Positions 1 to 6,482 of a stretch of 28,524 nucleotides of DNA are shown here, piece by piece. A model generated the notes under the pieces. That model did not search any database and was not told where the DNA came from. It was given only the letters and a program-made list of their open reading frames with translations. The position numbers were made by a program, and so were the translations under genes. Origin of the DNA: a virus (Duplodnaviria; Caudoviricetes); IMG/VR virus record IMGVR_UViG_3300031519_000159, positions 1 to 28,524 of that record; one strand, 5' to 3'. Within the stretch, counting starts at the first letter, position 1. Each line of letters begins with the position of its first letter.

Positions 1-18
1 TGCAGCTTTTTTAAACAA
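1..18 (-). CDS. 5' end (TTG start, MFKKAA...) of a gene running off the window, probably the gp47/SbcD(Mre11)-like recombination nuclease subunit
   Basis: TTG at 18-16 with a GGAG Shine-Dalgarno at 30-27 (8-nt spacing) and a consensus promoter at 45-73. Only 6 codons are visible. The product is inferred from the usual gp55-gp47-gp46 order in T4-like phages. Confidence 0.5.
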
Positions 19-44
19 GTTTAGTTCTCCATATTACTTGTTAA

Positions 45-73
45 AGTATATAGTAATTATTGACACCTGTCAA
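45..73 (-). promoter_or_regulatory. Sigma70-type promoter TTGACA-N17-TATACT for the gene leaving the window
   Basis: Minus strand: TTGACA (73-68), 17-nt spacer, TATACT (50-45). It lies immediately after the sigma gene stop and upstream of an SD plus TTG. Confidence 0.85.
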
Positions 74-74
74 C

Positions 75-926
75 CTATTTTTTGGTATCGGTGTATTCTG
101 TTAACGGTGCAGCTTCATTCCGCTTTACACTTGCTTCCCATTCGCCTGCATTTTGTCTTGTATAACTCGGATTCAGGTCATTCATTTCCAAAATATCGTC
201 TCTAATGTTTTGATTGCGTTTTTCAATATTAATAACACGTACAAAGCTATTAGTAACTGCGGCAGTATAGTATGCAAATGGGTTATCTGACTTAGATTCA
301 TCAAATTGTAGTCCAATCTGCGCCAGCTGTAGTATTGCTTGACCTTTCATCTCGTCATTGTATGTGTAACCACGTACATTACCTCGAGTTGCATAACGAT
401 CAACAAGTTTCAACCACATCATAGCAAGTTTGTCTGTTGCTTTACCATGCTTATGGTTAAAGTTGCCATTGTCCATTCCACCTTCCCAGTGACTTTTGCC
501 TACTAGGATAATTTCACCTTCGTCATTATACTTGTAATGCTTAAAGGGCGGAAAAGGAAGTTTAACTTTTGTATCAGCAACTGTCTTTGGGTTCTTTTTG
601 CGACCTGGCTCTTCTGGAATATGATCAAATGTCATCACGCGGAAGATTAACTCTTCTTTAGTAATTTGAGCAGCAGTAGTTTCGCACTCTGCTTGCTTGA
701 CCTTTTCACCAAGTCCTTTACGGCGCTCGTATTCTGCAGATGACATCTTCTTTGCTTTATTACGCTTTGCTTCTGCAACAGTAAGCCGATTAATTTTACT
801 TACGTCTGCTAAAATAATGTCATACTGTCCAAACTCTGGTTCTAGATAACTATTAAACTTATTCTTTGATTTGTGTATTTCTTTAAGTATGTCTTTATTG
901 TTAAGATAATTCTTGGGCCGCATCAT
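75..926 (-). CDS. gp55: T4 gp55-like RNA polymerase sigma factor for late transcription
   Basis: NYLNNKDILKEI and GYTY...FDESKSDNPFAYYTAAVTNSFVRVINIEKR match the recalled gp55 blocks (NYVNNKELL...; [28 protein letters not shown]). SD AGGAG at 934-930 favours the second ATG (923) as the start. Confidence 0.9.
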   Translation of the reverse strand: MMRPKNYLNNKDILKEIHKSKNKFNSYLEPEFGQYDIILADVSKINRLTVAEAKRNKAKKMSSAEYERRKGLGEKVKQAECETTAAQITKEELIFRVMTFDHIPEEPGRKKNPKTVADTKVKLPFPPFKHYKYNDEGEIILVGKSHWEGGMDNGNFNHKHGKATDKLAMMWLKLVDRYATRGNVRGYTYNDEMKGQAILQLAQIGLQFDESKSDNPFAYYTAAVTNSFVRVINIEKRNQNIRDDILEMNDLNPSYTRQNAGEWEASVKRNEAAPLTEYTDTKK

Positions 927-949
927 TCTCTCCTATAGTGTTAATTACT

Positions 950-978
950 ATTATACACGCTAACTGTATCATTGTCAA
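950..978 (-). promoter_or_regulatory. Perfect-consensus sigma70 promoter (proximal) for the sigma factor gene
   Basis: Minus strand: TTGACA (978-973), 17 nt, TATAAT (955-950). Confidence 0.9.
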
Positions 979-988
979 CCGAAGAATA

Positions 989-1017
989 ATTATAATATGC
1001 ATACATAATTTTGTCAA
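989..1017 (-). promoter_or_regulatory. Perfect-consensus sigma70 promoter (distal) for the sigma factor gene
   Basis: Minus strand: TTGACA (1017-1012), 17 nt, TATAAT (994-989). Confidence 0.88.
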
Positions 1018-1024
1018 CTAAATA
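1018..1024 (+). promoter_or_regulatory. Putative T4-type late promoter (cTAAATA) for the baseplate operon
   Basis: TAAATA at 1019-1024 resembles T4 TATAAATA. It precedes SD AGGAG (1032-1036) and ATG 1048, and recurs upstream of three other structural genes. Confidence 0.7.
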
Positions 1025-1047
1025 GTAGTGCAGGAGTAAAATAAATT

Positions 1048-1911
1048 ATGGCAAAATTTAACATTAAAAAAGCATCTTCAAACTTTATAAGTAGCATTGT
1101 TAGTGATGCAAAAAGTGCCGTCAAAGGCGCCATTAGTGACACTATCAATCAAAAGTTAGGTAGTCTAGGTCCTCTTGGAAAACTAGCAGCTAACTTTATT
1201 AACCAAACCGGTGGATTTGGTTCAGGCGGCTCAAACAATAGAACAATATCTCGGGCAATAATTTCATCTAGTAATAATACCACTACCGAAGCCGGCGACT
1301 GGCGTGTTAGTATTAGTGTGCCGCAAGTTATACTCGGTGAAGGCGATATCCTTGAGCCGCTAAGAGGCGAAAATAACAAATCGAGTGCCTGGAACACAGG
1401 AAATAAAATGATATTTCCGTTTAACCCAACAGTGCTATTAAGCCACAGTGCAAATTACTCTCAAATACAACCTACTCACACAAATTATGCATATAATGCA
1501 TATGAAAGTAGTCAGGTTGATGCAATTACTATTACTGGCGAATTTTATCAAGAAAATGAAGACGATGCAAAGTATTGGATTGCGTGTTTGCATTTTTTAA
1601 GAACTGCAACTAAAATGTTTTATGGAGACAGTAATCCACAAGGAAATCCTCCAGTAGTTTGTAGATTAAACGGATACGGTAAGCATGTATTAAATCACAT
1701 GCCAGTTGTAATAACTAACTTTACAACAGATTTGCCAGTTGACGTAGATTATATTGAATGTACTATTAACGGAGTGTCAAACTATGTTCCTACGCAAAGT
1801 TCGATTACAGTTACACTACAGCCGCAATACGCAAGGCGCTCACAATCAGGATTTAATTTAAATCAATTTGCCAAAGGCGGACATGTAAATGGACCAGAGG
1901 GATTTGTATAA
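1048..1911 (+). CDS. Baseplate tail-tube initiator/cap protein (tube fold; gp48/gp54- or CIS tube-like)
   Basis: FPFNPTV...SANYS...ITITGEF...PPVVCRLNGYG...VVITNFTTD...SITVTL pattern is typical of tube-fold baseplate proteins. It sits directly upstream of the LysM gene and has a good SD. Confidence 0.7.
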   Translation: MAKFNIKKASSNFISSIVSDAKSAVKGAISDTINQKLGSLGPLGKLAANFINQTGGFGSGGSNNRTISRAIISSSNNTTTEAGDWRVSISVPQVILGEGDILEPLRGENNKSSAWNTGNKMIFPFNPTVLLSHSANYSQIQPTHTNYAYNAYESSQVDAITITGEFYQENEDDAKYWIACLHFLRTATKMFYGDSNPQGNPPVVCRLNGYGKHVLNHMPVVITNFTTDLPVDVDYIECTINGVSNYVPTQSSITVTLQPQYARRSQSGFNLNQFAKGGHVNGPEGFV

Positions 1912-2207
1912 TGAAAAATAATTTAAGCCCGTATGCACGTACTCCAGTCAGAAAAGGTGGATATCTAGATATCTTAACACCGCGCCCTGTGCCTATTAAC
2001 AACGAAGACATATTGTTTGAAATAACAACTGAATATACATATCGTCCTGATTTATTGGCGCACATTACTTACGGCAGAAAAGACTTGTGGTGGGTATTTG
2101 CACAACGTAATATGGATACTCTTAAAGATCCTGTATTTGACTTTATTGCCGGAACTAAAATTTATCTACCTGATCCTGCAGCATTACGAAACACACTAGG
2201 ATTCTAA
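1911..2207 (+). CDS. gp53: LysM-domain baseplate wedge protein (gp53-like)
   Basis: YRPDLLAHITYGRKDLWWVFAQRN...GTKIYLP is the gp53/P2 gpX LysM signature. TAATG overlap with the upstream gene. Confidence 0.85.
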   Translation: MKNNLSPYARTPVRKGGYLDILTPRPVPINNEDILFEITTEYTYRPDLLAHITYGRKDLWWVFAQRNMDTLKDPVFDFIAGTKIYLPDPAALRNTLGF

Positions 2208-2208
2208 T

Positions 2209-5200
2209 ATGGCATATAACCTGAGCAAAGCTATAAAAGGCAACTTAACAACAGCAGTAAATACTATTAAGCAAGATTTTAGTTCTGCTGCTACTAATAT
2301 TACTAGCAAAATTAGTAATGTATCAGGACTAAGTTCTCAAAAAGTAAATTCAGCATTACTAGGCGCCACTGTTGGCGGCATATTAAAAGGAAACAAAGGC
2401 GCGGCATTTGGTGCGCTAGCAGGAAGCATTTTTGGTGGCGGCGGAGCTAGTAGCTTACTAAGCCAAGTCCAGGGTAAATTATCCGGATTAATTGCTGATG
2501 CAGAAGAACTACAAGGACTAATAAGTCAACCTTTAAAATTAATAGAAAAAGGTGCCGCTGATTTAAATGGACTTACCGGAGAATATGGATTAACTTTATC
2601 ACAGTATAGAGAACTAAACGAAAGAAGTCAATATACTCAGTATATTGACAGTGGTTTTATGCCGTCTTACAAAGGAGATGATAGTTCTGCAAGTAAAATT
2701 CCTAATCCGTTACGAAATCACAATGGTGTTAATTATATAATTACACTAGGCATACTCGGCAGAGAAGAATACAACAATCCTGAAATATACAGAAAAGCAG
2801 GTGGATTTAAAAATTATATAATAAAAAGTGCAGGTGGAAACTTAGGCAAAAGAACACAAGTATTTGACGAAATTGTCGGCAACGTTTCGGGAAATCATCA
2901 TGCTGGAACTGACACACAAACTCACGCAGAATATTACATTGATGACATTGAAATTGACGCTGTACTATCACCGAATCCAAACACTAGAGTTACTATGGGC
3001 ACTTCTTTGTCGTTTACAGTTACTGAGCCATATAGCATGGGTAATTTTATACAAGCTATCATTACCTCAGCAGAAACAGCAGGGTATAGTAATTATAATG
3101 AAGCACCGTTTTGTTTAAAGATTGATTTCGCCGGTTGGAATTTAGGTGGTGATGATAATGCTAATTTTATAACAGAGCCTATGTTTATTCCTATAAAATT
3201 TATTAATATGGATTTTAGTGTTAGTGGCACTGGCAGCACGTATAATGTTAGAGCAGTTCCTATGAGCGAGACAGGTCTACGTGATAATATTAATAAAATT
3301 AATATTCCAGTAAAGGCTACGGGAACATTATGTCACGAAGTTCTTGAAACAAATGATAAATCTGTTACGAGAGCAATTAATCAGCAAATTGAATCATTAG
3401 AAGAAATTGGTGCGCTAGCTCCGTATGACAGATATATCATTTGTTTTCCTAAAACAAGAAAAGAACTAACTAAGGTTTTACAAAAAGGTACAATTACTGA
3501 AAGTTCTTTTACTACATCTCCTGAAGAGCAAGAGGCGGAGCGCAAGGGAGGCAGCGGCGATCCGAGACTTAATGCAGCGTATAGTCCTAAAACGCTAACT
3601 ATAAACTCACCAAACAACGTATATTCGATATTTAAAACGTTTGCCGAAGATACTACTTTAATGAATGAAATAGGGTTAAGTCCACTTAATGTAGATACAA
3701 ATGCAGGCGGAAATGCAGGCGCGGCAGAAGCAAATCAAGTTGTTAATCCTGAAACTAATTTAGTAGATACTGCATCATCAGCAGCACAACCTGCTGACAA
3801 AGCAAGAGAATTTCAATTTAGTCAAAGCGAGCAAATTACTACTATTATTGAAAAAGTAATAATGCAATCAGAATATTGTGCTGAAAATTCAACTAAAGAA
3901 ACTAAGACTGGATTGAATAAATGGTTTAAAATTGACACACAAGTTTTCTTAGACGATAGTCCACTAACCGAACAACAAATGGGTCGTACACCAAAGGTTT
4001 TTATATATAGTGTTATTGTACATGAAGTAGACGAAGCAGTAACAGCAGCAGGAAATAAAAAAGCAAAGAATACTAAAGGATTGAGAGATTCTGCAGTTAA
4101 AGAATACAACTATCTGTATACTGGAAAAAACGAAGACGTTTTATCTTTTGATATTAATTTTAATAATGCATTTTTAATGACTGCAAATGCTGATCTCGGA
4201 ATGAGCAATGCTAATATAAGAAGTCCAGACGGCCAAACAACTAACGCCTCCGGTAATAGTCAAGGAAGTGATGCAGGAATGGTTGCAGAAACTGATAGAA
4301 AATCTAACGATGATCAAGGGGGAGAACAAGGTTTCACTGACAAAAATCTTCTATCATCCGGTTCTTATAGTAACGATATAAGACGCCAGATTGCAGAAAC
4401 ATTCCACGACAGAATTACAAATATGACTGTAGATATGGTTAATACTGAAATGGAAATAATGGGTGATCCTTTTTATATTCCGCAACAAACAGGCAACTAT
4501 GTTGCTGAAACAGGAGACAAACCTGGAATAACCAAAGACGGCACAATGAATTATTTAGATGGCCCTGTATATTGTATAGTAAATTTTAGAACTCCTTTTG
4601 ATTATCAAGTCACAGGAGCAACTATGGAATTGCCCCAAATTGTTCCAGGATTTAGTGGATTGTTCCAGGTACGTGCAGTTTCAAATAAATTTAGCGCCGG
4701 AAAATTTACACAAACCCTTAAAATGATGAGACGCAAGGGACAAGATGATGAAGAAACATCAGGATCCAGTGCCTTTATTCAAACAAGTACCGGCGCATCA
4801 CTTAATAAAGACGCCCCACAATCTGATGGCACAATAGGCCAAAGCGGACAATCTAATACAGATTGTTTCCCAGCAGCACAGAATGATGATATTAGAGTAT
4901 TAAGTGCAGCAATCGGCGCAGACATTGCTGCACAAACAGCAGCAGCGCAATTAAAATTAGAAACTCAACTTTCAAATGCACTAACTACTCAAGTTTCTGA
5001 ATTAGTCGAAGGAGTTGATTTTGGAATTGCAAAACTCCCAGACCTTACTAAAGTTATCCCACAACTCGATGCATTTGGCGGCCTCGGAGCAAATATTACA
5101 TCACAAGTATCACAAGCACAAAATGCAGCACAAAATGCAGCACAAAATGCAGCACAAAATGCAGCAAATGCTGCAAATACAAAAATTAATGCAGCTTCAA

Positions 5201-5244
5201 ACGCAGCAAAATCTAAAGTTAAAAACTTATTAGGAGGCTTTTAA
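2209..5244 (+). CDS. Baseplate hub protein (gp27/gpD-like) with long N- and C-terminal low-complexity extensions
   Basis: C-terminal hub motifs MEIMGDPFYI...FSGLFQVRAVSNKFSAGKFTQTLKMMR and N-terminal LSFTVTEPYS. Located between the LysM and spike genes. Confidence 0.72.
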   Translation: MAYNLSKAIKGNLTTAVNTIKQDFSSAATNITSKISNVSGLSSQKVNSALLGATVGGILKGNKGAAFGALAGSIFGGGGASSLLSQVQGKLSGLIADAEELQGLISQPLKLIEKGAADLNGLTGEYGLTLSQYRELNERSQYTQYIDSGFMPSYKGDDSSASKIPNPLRNHNGVNYIITLGILGREEYNNPEIYRKAGGFKNYIIKSAGGNLGKRTQVFDEIVGNVSGNHHAGTDTQTHAEYYIDDIEIDAVLSPNPNTRVTMGTSLSFTVTEPYSMGNFIQAIITSAETAGYSNYNEAPFCLKIDFAGWNLGGDDNANFITEPMFIPIKFINMDFSVSGTGSTYNVRAVPMSETGLRDNINKINIPVKATGTLCHEVLETNDKSVTRAINQQIESLEEIGALAPYDRYIICFPKTRKELTKVLQKGTITESSFTTSPEEQEAERKGGSGDPRLNAAYSPKTLTINSPNNVYSIFKTFAEDTTLMNEIGLSPLNVDTNAGGNAGAAEANQVVNPETNLVDTASSAAQPADKAREFQFSQSEQITTIIEKVIMQSEYCAENSTKETKTGLNKWFKIDTQVFLDDSPLTEQQMGRTPKVFIYSVIVHEVDEAVTAAGNKKAKNTKGLRDSAVKEYNYLYTGKNEDVLSFDINFNNAFLMTANADLGMSNANIRSPDGQTTNASGNSQGSDAGMVAETDRKSNDDQGGEQGFTDKNLLSSGSYSNDIRRQIAETFHDRITNMTVDMVNTEMEIMGDPFYIPQQTGNYVAETGDKPGITKDGTMNYLDGPVYCIVNFRTPFDYQVTGATMELPQIVPGFSGLFQVRAVSNKFSAGKFTQTLKMMRRKGQDDEETSGSSAFIQTSTGASLNKDAPQSDGTIGQSGQSNTDCFPAAQNDDIRVLSAAIGADIAAQTAAAQLKLETQLSNALTTQVSELVEGVDFGIAKLPDLTKVIPQLDAFGGLGANITSQVSQAQNAAQNAAQNAAQNAANAANTKINAASNAAKSKVKNLLGGF
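5116..5163 (+). repeat. Perfect 12-bp tandem repeat (GCACAAAATGCA)x4 encoding (AQNA)4
   Basis: Four identical in-frame units read directly, followed by a degenerate GCAAATGCTGCA. Confidence 0.97.
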
Positions 5245-6479
5245 TGTCAGAAGAAGACAGCGGCTTACCAGAAGAAAGCGCAGCTAAGTTAGAACAAACA
5301 AATGCTGTTTTTGCAGAAGGCCTTGGACCATGGCGTAATCCCGGAGTTACAGGACCTAAACAAATATTTGAAGATATTAATGACTTGTACAAATACGGCG
5401 AAGAAGTTAGTACAGGAGGCCGTAAAAAACAAATTGTCATAGTTGTTGATAATAAAGGCACTGGAGTATTATACCCAGATCAGCCGCATTATTGGATGAT
5501 TGAAAGACTGCCAATGGATCCAGTTGTTCTAGCTGATAATCCAGACGAACCTTGGGAATTCTTTTTTGAAACTCTGTACGAAGCTATGGTAGCATACAAA
5601 GAACAAGGCATACTAACATATCCTAAACCTAGAAATTCTATACAAGCAGGCACTTATCAAGGAGTGCCTGTTTATCTTCCAGATCCTGTGTTAGATTATA
5701 GCAGGCCTGGAACAACAACTGAATCAACAACTGGCAAAACTACAGGAACAAGTGTTCAAACAACAACAACAAAAACTCCAGGAACAGCAGGAGTTGTTAC
5801 AACAAGCGAGACGTTACCTGCTGAAGTTCCTGAAAAAGAATATACAACTGTTGTAACTAAAGGAGTAGACGAAGATGGATTTAGTTATACAGAAACAAAA
5901 CGTGTAGAAGTTCCAGCAGGCTCTAGTAGTCTTGAGCCAACTCCTGCAATACCGCCTCCGCCTCCACCAGCAGAAGTTGCACAACGACAAGCTAATCAAA
6001 AAGCAGCAAAAACAACGGCAGCTAAAGTCCAAACTGGTTCAGATCCGTGTACACCAAATAATCCTCCAGTAAGCTCTGGAGCAAGCTCAGCAGGCAGTGT
6101 GCCTCCTGCGTCAAAAAATATTACAGCATCACAGACAGCAGCTCTTTTAAATCATGCAAAAAAAGCCGCAGCTGCCGCCCCTGCGTCAGTACTGACTGAG
6201 GATCCGTTAGATGCATTCGGCGGTTCAGGCCCTAACATTACTACGCCTACTACAGTAACACAAGCTACGTCGTCACCAGCTCCTGGCATCGTGGCACCAA
6301 CAGCTAGTAACTCAGCTAATGTTCGACCGCGCCCAACAAACGTATATATATATGAAGCACTAACTCCTGGGTTCGACAGGTACGATTTTAACACTGGTAA
6401 AAAAGTGTACACACCAAACACCGGAACAAGCAGAAATAATAATGGACAGACAGCAGCACTAAGCGGAGGCTCATTTTAA
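5244..6479 (+). CDS. Hypothetical 411-aa protein: acidic/aromatic N-terminal domain, Pro/Thr/Ala-rich linker and short aromatic C-terminal element
   Basis: Long ORF with SD AGGAGG (5232-5237) and a TAATG overlap with the hub gene. No family recognised. Confidence 0.85.
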   Translation: MSEEDSGLPEESAAKLEQTNAVFAEGLGPWRNPGVTGPKQIFEDINDLYKYGEEVSTGGRKKQIVIVVDNKGTGVLYPDQPHYWMIERLPMDPVVLADNPDEPWEFFFETLYEAMVAYKEQGILTYPKPRNSIQAGTYQGVPVYLPDPVLDYSRPGTTTESTTGKTTGTSVQTTTTKTPGTAGVVTTSETLPAEVPEKEYTTVVTKGVDEDGFSYTETKRVEVPAGSSSLEPTPAIPPPPPPAEVAQRQANQKAAKTTAAKVQTGSDPCTPNNPPVSSGASSAGSVPPASKNITASQTAALLNHAKKAAAAAPASVLTEDPLDAFGGSGPNITTPTTVTQATSSPAPGIVAPTASNSANVRPRPTNVYIYEALTPGFDRYDFNTGKKVYTPNTGTSRNNNGQTAALSGGSF

Positions 6480-6482
6480 AAT

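Noticed and set aside
60-73. Rho-independent terminator after the sigma gene
   Set aside because: Short, weak stem with no U-tract, and it coincides with a promoter -35.
972-996. Plus-strand sigma70 promoter TTGTCA...TATAAT for the baseplate operon
   Set aside because: The spacer is only 13 nt. Both hexamers are by-products of the minus-strand promoters (ATTATAAT is palindromic).
5116-5163. CRISPR-like array
   Set aside because: Contiguous 12-bp units with no spacers, in frame within a CDS.
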